This document shows, one piece after another, positions 35,999-44,590 of a stretch of DNA of 64,000 bases. The position numbers and the translations under genes were made by a program. The notes below the pieces were generated by a model, which ran no database searches, was not told the origin of the DNA, and worked only from the letters and a program-made list of their open reading frames with translations. This DNA comes from a virus, in the IMG/VR virus record IMGVR_UViG_3300020442_000006, positions 123,494-187,493 of that record. One strand, 5' to 3'. Each line of letters opens with the position of its first letter. Within the stretch, counting starts at the first letter, position 1.

Positions 35999-36054
35999 AG
36001 TATAGGGCATCTGTGGCACAGATGGTAGGTCAGTGTGCCACTTATGCGATTGTC
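35999..36054 (-). promoter_or_regulatory. Early-type promoter with a palindrome and an upstream GACA-N7-AAGTG motif
   Basis: -10 TATACT (35999-36004); inverted repeat CATCTGTG-G-CACAGATG (36008-36024); GACAATCGCATAAGTGGCACACT upstream. Confidence 0.6.
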
Positions 36055-38222
36055 TTACTAAGAGAAGAAAGCATTTTCTTGTTGCTGTTCTTGCCTTTGT
36101 AAAGTTTCTTGAAGGCGGCACGGATCTGCTTGAGTTCTGCACCATCAACAACATCGATAGACTCAGACTCCTCCAGATTGTTTGTAGGCATAACATAGAG
36201 TACATCGTACTTGGACTCATCGATCTGCACGAACTTCTCCTTCTTGAACTTTTCGTGAGCAAGGTCAACCCTCTTGAGGCAACCCATATAACCTAGTTGA
36301 CGAAGGTAAGATGCTGTGTCACGAGGAGAGATAAGACGGAAACCGATAGTAGTTACCTCAGGGAATCTGTCCTTAAGGTTCTCAAGGAAGACGTTGAGTT
36401 GGTAAGAAGGATGATCTTCTTTCTCATAGATCTTGCCGATCTTACGGTCACGAAGTTGGCACCTACGTCCGTATGTATTCTCGAACAACCTTCCAGAGAA
36501 GAGGTTGGTACGCTCAGCGAAGTAGGATGCAGGACCAGACTCACCATCAGTCAAGACTGAGAGAGATACTTTCTGAGCACCAGTCTCCTTCTTGAACTGA
36601 GGGATGACAGAATGCATTGCAGAGATTGCCTCAAGGAGAGGTGTGCCACTAAGACCAAGACCAGGGAGGTGAGGGAAGTTGTAGTGACGACCATACCAGT
36701 GACCGTTGCCGCTGCAGTTAGATGCAACGTTTCTCCAGAATGTCAAGCAAGAACGCTCGAAGTCTTTCTTCTTCTTTGCTTCAGAGGAAAGCATTTCTAC
36801 AAGGCAGAATCCGTTAGCGAATGAGATGTCACCGTACTGTGGTTTGAAACGCTCATCCTGAGGAAGTTCCTGATTGTGGAATGCATTCCAAGCATAGTTG
36901 AAAGCATAGCAACGGAATGGGATGTTGATCTTCCTGCAGAAGTGTGCAAGTTGTAGGACTTGCTTAGCAGTATCGAACAAGCAACCTGCCATAGAACCTG
37001 ACCAGTCAAGAAGAAAGATCATACCGTGGTTCTTACCATCAGGTACAACAGTCACACGCTTGAAGATGTCATCGTTGTACTTGTACTGGTGCAACACAGT
37101 AGTGTTAAGAACACCAGTCTTAGATGTAAGTGAACGTGCATAGGAGTCTGCTGCTTTTCTGCACTCGAACTCCTTGATGAGGAAGTTGATTTCTTTCTGA
37201 GACTTTTTGATGAACTCGTTGTACTCAGTTACAGACTTAGCAAGATCTGCTTTCTCGTGCTCACACTCAGTAGCATTCCAGAAGTCTTCAGACTTTTGAA
37301 CAACTGTCTCCCAACCAACAACAAGTTTGTTGCAGTCAACTTGAGGAATCTGAATGTACTCAGAGTCGTATGTGCTGTCTACAAGTTCCTTGACTGCTTC
37401 CTGGAATGCTTTGTCAGTCAATGCTTCCATAGGATCTGGTGTGTAGTTCTCATCAGAACCTTCGTTTGAAGCACCAGTTGGTTGCTGTGGTGTTTGTGAT
37501 TCACCTTGCTTTACCTCAGAGTCTTCTTGAGGAGCATCGATGTCTGCTTTAGGATCGATGTCTTCTTGGAACTTTTCCTGATCATTGTTAGATGGATCAG
37601 CAGGGATGAAGTCACCTGATGGTGCACCTGACTCAGCACCTTGCTTAGGTGCAGGAGCAGAGACTGTTTCCATCTCTTCTTGCTTCTCCTTCATAAACTT
37701 GAAGATCTCGTTAGCAACGTCACACGCTTCTTGGAAGGTCTCAGCGTCACCAGTCTTCTTTACGAATACCTGCTCTTCAGAAGTGAAAGGAATATTTCTG
37801 TAGTTACCGATCTTGAACTGAAGATTGATACGGTCGATAAGGTTTAGTTTCTCTGGTTCAGATGCTTGGAAGAAATCTTGAGCATCTAGTTCAGCGTATC
37901 CTCTGTAGAAAGTTTTTGGAAGACCTGCATACTTACGCTTCATCAACTTCTCGATACGAGCATCTTCAGTAACGTTGACGTATGACTGAGGGCATTTGAA
38001 CTGGTGCTCTGTCCACTCAGAAGGTGTGAATAGAGCGTGTCCTACCTCGTGAGATACGAGCAAGTCATATACAGTCTCACTTGCTTTGTCCCAGATAGGA
38101 AGAGTTAGAACTCTACGCTTGACATCGAATGATGCTGTCTGGCAGTTCTTGTGCTCGATGATAAGGTCTTCAGTTGCGAGCAACTTAGCGAGTGTACCTT
38201 TGACTCCTGTGTTTACGGTCAT
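36042..38222 (-). CDS. Metallopeptidase-like (HExxH) plus VWA domain protein (CobT-like partner of the AAA ATPase)
   Basis: SHEVGHAL, NVTEDARIE, MIDAS LLDWSGSM, GTPL, LTDGE. Confidence 0.88.
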   Translation of the reverse strand: MTVNTGVKGTLAKLLATEDLIIEHKNCQTASFDVKRRVLTLPIWDKASETVYDLLVSHEVGHALFTPSEWTEHQFKCPQSYVNVTEDARIEKLMKRKYAGLPKTFYRGYAELDAQDFFQASEPEKLNLIDRINLQFKIGNYRNIPFTSEEQVFVKKTGDAETFQEACDVANEIFKFMKEKQEEMETVSAPAPKQGAESGAPSGDFIPADPSNNDQEKFQEDIDPKADIDAPQEDSEVKQGESQTPQQPTGASNEGSDENYTPDPMEALTDKAFQEAVKELVDSTYDSEYIQIPQVDCNKLVVGWETVVQKSEDFWNATECEHEKADLAKSVTEYNEFIKKSQKEINFLIKEFECRKAADSYARSLTSKTGVLNTTVLHQYKYNDDIFKRVTVVPDGKNHGMIFLLDWSGSMAGCLFDTAKQVLQLAHFCRKINIPFRCYAFNYAWNAFHNQELPQDERFKPQYGDISFANGFCLVEMLSSEAKKKKDFERSCLTFWRNVASNCSGNGHWYGRHYNFPHLPGLGLSGTPLLEAISAMHSVIPQFKKETGAQKVSLSVLTDGESGPASYFAERTNLFSGRLFENTYGRRCQLRDRKIGKIYEKEDHPSYQLNVFLENLKDRFPEVTTIGFRLISPRDTASYLRQLGYMGCLKRVDLAHEKFKKEKFVQIDESKYDVLYVMPTNNLEESESIDVVDGAELKQIRAAFKKLYKGKNSNKKMLSSLSKTIA

Positions 38223-38244
38223 TTGTTTCCTTGTCTATGTACAC

Positions 38245-38300
38245 ATTATAAAACCCCTACGTGGTTGCGTAAGGGTTAAGTGGACACTTTATTAACTGTC
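38245..38300 (-). promoter_or_regulatory. Early-type promoter with a hairpin and an upstream GACA-N7-AAGTG motif
   Basis: -10 TATAAT (38245-38250); imperfect inverted repeat 38252-38277; GACAGTTAATAAAGTGTCCACTT upstream. Confidence 0.6.
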
Positions 38301-38935
38301 TACTTCGCGTTGAATGCTATAGAAGTTCGTGGCATATTAGATCTGTTCTCAGATGTTTTATGTTCCAACCAAGATGGAAACAAAACTAAAGTATTGGGTG
38401 TAGCAGGAAAGAACCTGCCCTCCTCAGTACCCCACATTGCCATCTTGGAGAATGGATTTGGATTCATAAAGACGATGCCACCCATCTCTGGTGTGGTCTC
38501 GTGATAATAAACTCCAGATACAACAGAGTTCGCGTGAGTATGAACTGCTTGCTTAGATCCCTTAGGTAATCTATTTATCCAAGACTGAAAAATTTGTGCT
38601 TCTGGATATACTTGTTCCAAACAGTTGAGTACGAATTGGTGGAAGGATGATAGTTCATATCTTTTGAATAGTTGAAGACCATACATCCCGTTGTGGGATC
38701 CTTCGATAATACTTGGTTTTGCACCTGGTGAGAGGTGGGATAGAACCTCAGGATCGTCAGGTATTGAATCAATCTCTTTGATAATCGATGGGTTCTGATG
38801 AGAGAAAACATATAGAGTGGTTGGGAATAACTCTGTCTTGCAATGCTGCAAGGGGTTTAGGAAGTCTTGGGTAAACTTGGAAATCTTACTTCTCGGACTT
38901 TCTGGGGTATTTTCAATGTGAAACTGATTGACCAT
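38300..38935 (-). CDS. 2OG-Fe(II) oxygenase-like protein (start may be TTG at 38851)
   Basis: HTHANSVVSGVYY, LFPSWLEH, RTSIAFN. Confidence 0.8.
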   Translation of the reverse strand: MVNQFHIENTPESPRSKISKFTQDFLNPLQHCKTELFPTTLYVFSHQNPSIIKEIDSIPDDPEVLSHLSPGAKPSIIEGSHNGMYGLQLFKRYELSSFHQFVLNCLEQVYPEAQIFQSWINRLPKGSKQAVHTHANSVVSGVYYHETTPEMGGIVFMNPNPFSKMAMWGTEEGRFFPATPNTLVLFPSWLEHKTSENRSNMPRTSIAFNAK

Positions 38936-39435
38936 CGTTCTTGGTTCTCATAATTTTGTCTGACCTCGTGGTCGTTATAACCTGGCCAGAAGTATAAGTC
39001 ACGCTCTCTTGGGATTTGACAGTGTGTGTATGCCCAATAAGGTTGTACTCTATTTAACGCTTCGACAGAGTGGTTGGGATGATAGAAATATATGTCCCCA
39101 GTGTCGCCTGGTGGTACCTTGAGGTAGTAAGTTCCTGCCATATCCGTATCTGCGTGGTTGTGACGCATTTGGAACCCACCTTTAGGATTGACGTTGACCC
39201 ACATCTGGTAAATCTGGAGTTCTTCATCAAACCCTTGGATATTCGAGAGTACCCAATCTGCAAAGTCTGGATACAATAGATGATATTCAGCGTTAGAATG
39301 AATAGTTGAGTACCCAGTGCCATAGAAAATATTAAAATCTTGACAGATCTTGTCACGATTTTCTAGAAGATCAAACTTCAACTCATCGTGCTTGGCGTAC
39401 CCATTGTTACTAGTGAAAAATGGATGACTAAACAT
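38857..39435 (-). CDS. 2OG-Fe(II) oxygenase-like protein
   Basis: HNHADTDMAGTYY, FWPGYNDHEV, RWSISF. Confidence 0.8.
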   Translation of the reverse strand: MFSHPFFTSNNGYAKHDELKFDLLENRDKICQDFNIFYGTGYSTIHSNAEYHLLYPDFADWVLSNIQGFDEELQIYQMWVNVNPKGGFQMRHNHADTDMAGTYYLKVPPGDTGDIYFYHPNHSVEALNRVQPYWAYTHCQIPRERDLYFWPGYNDHEVRQNYENQERWSISFTLKIPQKVREVRFPSLPKTS

Positions 39436-41153
39436 TATTCGTAATTGAATGATTTACTAAAACCGTTGATCTTTTCAAAACGGATTTGCTTTTCAAACTT
39501 ATCTTGAAGAACCTCACCCTTATGTGAGATAACAAAGAAGTTTGTTTCGTTGCCTAGACTCTTAAGAATTTTTAAGAGTTCATCAGTTGCTTGATTATCT
39601 AGGGATGAATCAAACACCTCATCTAGGATGAGGAGATTAGTGGCAACAGAGTTTTTTAGTTTCGCGATGTATCTCCAAGTGAATAGGAGTGACAGATCGA
39701 TTTTCTGCTTTTCGCCTTCAGAGAATGAGGCATAGGAGAACTTGTCGCGATGACGAGACTTTATCACCTCACTAAACTCTTCGTCAAGGGTAAAATTCAC
39801 GAAGGTATCCATATCACCTAGGTACTTATTGATCCTTTGATTGATGATAGGAATATACTTTGAGATAATCTTTGCCTTAATACCACCATCCTTGAGGAGG
39901 GTACCAACTAGTTTATAATCCAAGGTTTCTTTTGTAACTTTAGAACAAGATTCTTCTTTCTCGTCATAAGTTTGTTGGAGAATAACTAGTTGATCTCTCT
40001 CCTTCTTGATGTCAGGCAATGTATTTAGACGTTGAACGTGAGATAAGATCTCACTGTTCTCCTTCATCAGATTCTTTTCTTCATTATACAGACGGCGGAT
40101 CTCAAATTGATCTTCCGTAAGTTTATCGGTCTTCTCTTTTATGCTAGTTACTAGTGACATAGTATCTGCAATCTGTGTGTCAAGTTCAGATACTGCACTA
40201 CGCATCTCTTCGTATTTCTTGGAATAGATAGAAACCTTCATATTTCTAAATGATTCTTCAATATCCTGAGAGCAGGTAGGACAAGTTGAGTTCTTCTCAA
40301 AGAATGTTTGATCTTTCTTATACTTCTTACCTTTGTCCTGTAGTTTAGATTTGATTTTATTTTGTTTCGTGCAAAGACCTTCGTGTCTAAACAACTCTTC
40401 TTGCATAGACTTGAGTTCTACTACACGAGATTCAACGATGGAGATCTCTTCTTTGATCACCAACATCCTATCTTCGTTCTCTTTGAACTTAACTTGCTGT
40501 CTAGTAATACGTTCATCATTTACTGCTGACAACTTATCAACAGTTCTCTTCTGAGAATTGATTGCTTGTTCTGCAAGTTGTAACTGATGCTCACACTCTT
40601 TCAGTTGTTCTTTGTTATCTTTCATACGCTCCTTGAGGAGCATATTCATTTGCGAGAAGATCTGAATGTCCAGTAGATCTTCGATAACCTCCCTTCGATG
40701 AGGTGCAGACAACTGCATAAAAGGAACAAAAGTTGAACTTCCAAGTATAACAACCTGAGTGAAAGACTTGAAGTTAAGTTTAAGTATTGATTGTTCAAGG
40801 TATTTTTGATAGTCTCGATTCGCAGCGTCTTGATCCACGAGGGAACCATTCCTCCAAATCTCAAATACATTGGGTTTCATTCCTCGTACGACTTTGTACG
40901 AAACAGATCCAATACTAAAGTCTATCTCAACGAGGGTATCTCTTTCGTTAATAGTATTTACCAACTGTGATTTGGACACCTTACGAAAAGGTCTATTGAA
41001 CAATCCAAAACACAAAGCATCCAACATCGTGGACTTACCTGCACCGTTAGGACCAACAACAAGAGTTGAGGAAGTATCGATGAGATCTAGTTCAGTAAAA
41101 TTATTTCCAGTAGATAAAAAATTTCTCCATCGAAGTTTCTCAAATACAATCAT
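39435..41153 (-). CDS. g46: Recombination endonuclease ATPase subunit (gp46, SbcC/Rad50-like)
   Basis: GPNGAGKST, CPTC hook, FSEGEKQ, ILDEVFD. Confidence 0.97.
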   Translation of the reverse strand: MIVFEKLRWRNFLSTGNNFTELDLIDTSSTLVVGPNGAGKSTMLDALCFGLFNRPFRKVSKSQLVNTINERDTLVEIDFSIGSVSYKVVRGMKPNVFEIWRNGSLVDQDAANRDYQKYLEQSILKLNFKSFTQVVILGSSTFVPFMQLSAPHRREVIEDLLDIQIFSQMNMLLKERMKDNKEQLKECEHQLQLAEQAINSQKRTVDKLSAVNDERITRQQVKFKENEDRMLVIKEEISIVESRVVELKSMQEELFRHEGLCTKQNKIKSKLQDKGKKYKKDQTFFEKNSTCPTCSQDIEESFRNMKVSIYSKKYEEMRSAVSELDTQIADTMSLVTSIKEKTDKLTEDQFEIRRLYNEEKNLMKENSEILSHVQRLNTLPDIKKERDQLVILQQTYDEKEESCSKVTKETLDYKLVGTLLKDGGIKAKIISKYIPIINQRINKYLGDMDTFVNFTLDEEFSEVIKSRHRDKFSYASFSEGEKQKIDLSLLFTWRYIAKLKNSVATNLLILDEVFDSSLDNQATDELLKILKSLGNETNFFVISHKGEVLQDKFEKQIRFEKINGFSKSFNYE

Positions 41154-41155
41154 AG

Positions 41156-41428
41156 TTAATCGTCTTCGGGTGGTACCACTACCTGATTAGGTTTTACAAT
41201 AACGTAGTCATAACGATGAGCAAGACAGTTCTGTACTACGAGATCGAAGTCAACCTCAAGGACATCTAACTTACGAGAATAATCGTTTGCCTCTAGCATT
41301 AAATTATAACGTACTGCATCGTCCTTGTCAACAAAAATTTGCACTGCTTTTGGACCCTTAGGATTTTGTTTTCCTTTAGGGGTTACAGCATACACACCTC
41401 CAGTTGAAGCATCAGAGAGAATGAACAT
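41156..41428 (-). CDS. Conserved hypothetical protein
   Basis: GGVYAV..FVDKDDAVRY; lies between g47 and g46. Confidence 0.7.
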   Translation of the reverse strand: MFILSDASTGGVYAVTPKGKQNPKGPKAVQIFVDKDDAVRYNLMLEANDYSRKLDVLEVDFDLVVQNCLAHRYDYVIVKPNQVVVPPEDD

Positions 41429-42483
41429 TATAGATTGAGAGACTCCACGTATAAGGACTTCAGAATGTTAACGACGTTTTTCTTATCAACAGATTCTTCC
41501 AAGTCCATAACGTAAGTTTCTAGGATACTCATCGTATCTTCCATCTTCACGTCTTCTTTAACATCGGGTGCATCTAGTGTCAGATCCTCAATAATTTTTA
41601 GATCTGCTACATCTGCCTGTTGAATTGCTTTAATCATACGATCAAACCACTTTTGATTAGATCGATTCTGAACGATTAGTTTGACGAATGCTCCTTTGAG
41701 TGGAGACAAGTCTGGAATATCATCGTAATCATTTCTAGAATCGTCATAATATAACTTACAGAATATATCGTATGGATTTTTAACAAACGTTAACTTTAAT
41801 GTATCAGTATTTAGGATATGGAACCCACGCTTCTGACCGTAATCATTCCAGTAGAGTTGGTACGGGTTACCGAGGTATTGAATGTTACCTCTCCTAGATT
41901 TCATATGATAGTGACCAGTACAGACTAGAGGGAACCTTTCATATCTTGCAGGATCCTCACCGTGTTCCATCACGTGCCCTGGGACTGCTTCAAATCCATT
42001 GAGTTCCAAGTGTCCAAGAACAATGTCTGCCTTAGAGTTATCAATGATAGCATCACTGGTATCCTTATTGTCAGGACAGATCCAAGGTAGGAATAGGACT
42101 TTCTTATCTGCGAACGTCAGTTCTGTTGGTGTCTCAATGACAGTAATATTATCGTACTCACCCAGTAGATGATTGGGTGCATTCACACGTAGAGTATTCT
42201 TGTAATAGATGTCGTGATTACCGATAAGCATAATCATTTTTACACCCATCTCTTTGAGCGGGTCAAACCACATCTCCTTTGCAGCATCTAGAGATGCAAA
42301 GTTGATAGACTTACGTTTGTCGAATGTATCACCCAGACAAAACACTGTCTTGATTTTATGCTTCTTGATATATGGAACTACAGTATTCGTATAGAACTCT
42401 CTGTACTTCTCTAGGAAGACAGGATGATCGTTACGAACACCGAAGTGTTGGTCAGTAATCAGGAGAACCTTCACTTCTTCCAC
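41428..42483 (-). CDS. g47: Recombination endonuclease nuclease subunit (gp47, SbcD/Mre11-like)
   Basis: ITDQHFG, LGDTFD, IGNHD, TGHYH, GNPYQ. Confidence 0.97.
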   Translation of the reverse strand: MEEVKVLLITDQHFGVRNDHPVFLEKYREFYTNTVVPYIKKHKIKTVFCLGDTFDKRKSINFASLDAAKEMWFDPLKEMGVKMIMLIGNHDIYYKNTLRVNAPNHLLGEYDNITVIETPTELTFADKKVLFLPWICPDNKDTSDAIIDNSKADIVLGHLELNGFEAVPGHVMEHGEDPARYERFPLVCTGHYHMKSRRGNIQYLGNPYQLYWNDYGQKRGFHILNTDTLKLTFVKNPYDIFCKLYYDDSRNDYDDIPDLSPLKGAFVKLIVQNRSNQKWFDRMIKAIQQADVADLKIIEDLTLDAPDVKEDVKMEDTMSILETYVMDLEESVDKKNVVNILKSLYVESLNL

Positions 42484-42695
42484 TCCTTCTTTTCATAATC
42501 ATAGTTGGGATGTGGTGCAGCAGGCACCCAAGGTTTCTTGGATCTATTGTTTATTACAATAAACTTATCAGCAGCAAACGTCCCTGCCACATTAACTTCT
42601 ATCTCATCACCATCTTGCCAGTTAACAGTGCCATCCTTTTTAGTGTGACGCATTGCTTCTTGGATCTTCTCGATAATTTCAGTTGTTAATTCCAT
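42471..42695 (-). CDS. Conserved hypothetical protein
   Basis: HTKKDGTVNW..AGTFAADKFIVI. Confidence 0.7.
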   Translation of the reverse strand: MELTTEIIEKIQEAMRHTKKDGTVNWQDGDEIEVNVAGTFAADKFIVINNRSKKPWVPAAPHPNYDYEKKEWKK

Positions 42696-42876
42696 AGGGT
42701 GTTAAGTCGTATTCTACGAGGGTAATACCTTCGTGGTGTTCTCTGATTGGTTCACCAACCTTTTCTACAAGACGTTTAAGAATATCCTTCTTAGTAATAT
42801 TGTAGGGTGCAGGTGCGTTGCCTACACATATACGAAGACATTGAAGTTCTTCGTCATCAAAAGATAGGTCAGTCAT
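42679..42876 (-). CDS. Hypothetical protein
   Basis: 65 aa; ATGA overlap with pcyA. Confidence 0.6.
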   Translation of the reverse strand: MTDLSFDDEELQCLRICVGNAPAPYNITKKDILKRLVEKVGEPIREHHEGITLVEYDLTPYGINN

Positions 42877-43544
42877 TTGAGTTTAGGTGTATCGAAGAGC
42901 ATCTTATCGATGTAGTCCTCTGCAAACTCTTTACCAAACCACTGGGTCAGAACTGCGAGAGTCTTCTTGTTTTGTTTCTGGGATTTACAGTACCAGATCT
43001 GATCATCCAATCTTAGCATATTATTCACCCATCTGTCATCCCTTTTAGATCTCTTCACCCAGTCACAATATATTAGGAGAATGTTATTGACCAAGTTGAC
43101 AAAATCTTTTTGCTCATTCTCAAGATGCAATCTCTGGAACTTACAGAATGGAGAGAAGATCTCACCCCATAGTGGTAGTGGTCTCTTGTGTGTAAAATGA
43201 TATGAGTTTGCTAGTGGTGCTATACTATAATAAATGTTACCAGTATTATGTACAGGAGATACATCTACAATAGCAGCAGTGACTGTATTCCTAGTTGCAA
43301 TAATGTCTGCACCAAAAATAGGTATAGGGTACTCGAAGTCTGGAAAGAACACACAGTGGAGTACATCTAAATTATTTGTCTTTGCTATTTCAAGGTGTAA
43401 CTTACGAAGACCTTCACACTTGTAGATCTCATTGTGTATGACAAGATCATCTTTGATAATTTCTTCGTGATCTGTTTCAACTTGTTCAGCATCTAGATCT
43501 TCAATCGCAAAACGAATGACAGATGCAAGTTGATCGATAATCAT
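42873..43544 (-). CDS. pcyA: Ferredoxin-dependent bilin reductase, PcyA-like
   Basis: RKLHLEIA, LDVLHCVFFP, PIFGADI, AAIVDVSP, RPLPLWGEIFS, Q.QNKKT..VL..WFG. Confidence 0.9.
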   Translation of the reverse strand: MIIDQLASVIRFAIEDLDAEQVETDHEEIIKDDLVIHNEIYKCEGLRKLHLEIAKTNNLDVLHCVFFPDFEYPIPIFGADIIATRNTVTAAIVDVSPVHNTGNIYYSIAPLANSYHFTHKRPLPLWGEIFSPFCKFQRLHLENEQKDFVNLVNNILLIYCDWVKRSKRDDRWVNNMLRLDDQIWYCKSQKQNKKTLAVLTQWFGKEFAEDYIDKMLFDTPKLK

Positions 43545-44026
43545 TAGTAACGATTGTTCATCTCAATACGGGACTTGATACTATTCAGTTGTGCAGTATC
43601 TCCATCACCATCAGAGTGGAACACCTGATCAAAACCTGACTTCTCAATGATCTTATCTTTAATATCCATCTGTCTCTTCTCTTTAGCAATTCTTCTTAGG
43701 AATGCATAGTAAACGATTTGAGTAAAATATGCAAAAGGATTCCTGCTTTTAGCAGGATCGAAATTGTCAATATACTGAACACAATTCTCAATGCCATCAC
43801 TAATCATATCCTCCTTGTACATATAGTTGATGAAGTTAGGTCTATATGAAAGGTGGGTGGCAATCTTTAGAAAACACTCTCCAATATATTCGTTGATCCT
43901 AGGTTTGGGTTTCTCTTTAATCTTAGCGATCTCTACACGGTCACGATAATCCACGATAGCAGCAAGGAACTTCTGGTTATCTACATAGTGCTGATTTTTA
44001 GTTCTCCGTGCTGCCATTAATGCCAT
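43544..44026 (-). CDS. g55: Late sigma factor (gp55)
   Basis: HYVDN..FL, IATHLSYRPNFINY, DMISDGIENC, NPFAYFTQI. Confidence 0.97.
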   Translation of the reverse strand: MALMAARRTKNQHYVDNQKFLAAIVDYRDRVEIAKIKEKPKPRINEYIGECFLKIATHLSYRPNFINYMYKEDMISDGIENCVQYIDNFDPAKSRNPFAYFTQIVYYAFLRRIAKEKRQMDIKDKIIEKSGFDQVFHSDGDGDTAQLNSIKSRIEMNNRY

Positions 44027-44049
44027 CGGTAGGTTTAATTCATATTGAA

Positions 44050-44078
44050 ATCATAACAGAGAACAGGGTTTTCGTCAA
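44050..44078 (-). promoter_or_regulatory. Sigma70-type promoter for g55
   Basis: TTGACG-17-TATGAT. Confidence 0.75.
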
Positions 44079-44093
44079 TGGATATTGATACCC

Positions 44094-44122
44094 TTGACAA
44101 CACTCTCTGAAACAATTATGAT
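44094..44122 (+). promoter_or_regulatory. Sigma70-type promoter on the plus strand (antisense)
   Basis: TTGACA-17-TATGAT with no plus-strand gene downstream. Confidence 0.7.
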
Positions 44123-44151
44123 CAACACTGTCAGGGTTGCAAAGGATATTC

Positions 44152-44589
44152 TTAGCTATTACCATTAAACAGTTGTTCAAGTTTCTTTCTTGCTTCTTCT
44201 AATGTACCGATAAGTCCCATTTCGTGAGTGAGTTCAACACTCGAATCAGGGAGATCATCGGGAGATTTTTTTAACTCTTGTTTTACAAAGAACTTATACA
44301 TCATTACTGCATCCTGCGACATCGGCGCGATCGTAATGATTCTCTCTTCAGGAATAATAAAGAAATCTTCATCAGAGAAAACCATCCATCTCTTGAGTCC
44401 TACTGCGACCGCCCGTTTCTCGTCAATAATTTTATCAGTAGCGTGCACCTTGGCGGGGTCTTGAATGAATGCACAGTAGAAACCTTTATGCTCCTCTACC
44501 ACAACAATACGTCCAAGCAGTTCCTCTCCAGATGTAAGTTTCATACATCCAAAGAATTCTTCGTCAGGTTTGATGTAATTTAGAGACAT
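44152..44589 (-). CDS. Conserved hypothetical protein (Sm-like fold possible)
   Basis: FFGCMKLTSGEELLG..KRWMVFSDED. Confidence 0.75.
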   Translation of the reverse strand: MSLNYIKPDEEFFGCMKLTSGEELLGRIVVVEEHKGFYCAFIQDPAKVHATDKIIDEKRAVAVGLKRWMVFSDEDFFIIPEERIITIAPMSQDAVMMYKFFVKQELKKSPDDLPDSSVELTHEMGLIGTLEEARKKLEQLFNGNS

Positions 44590-44590
44590 A

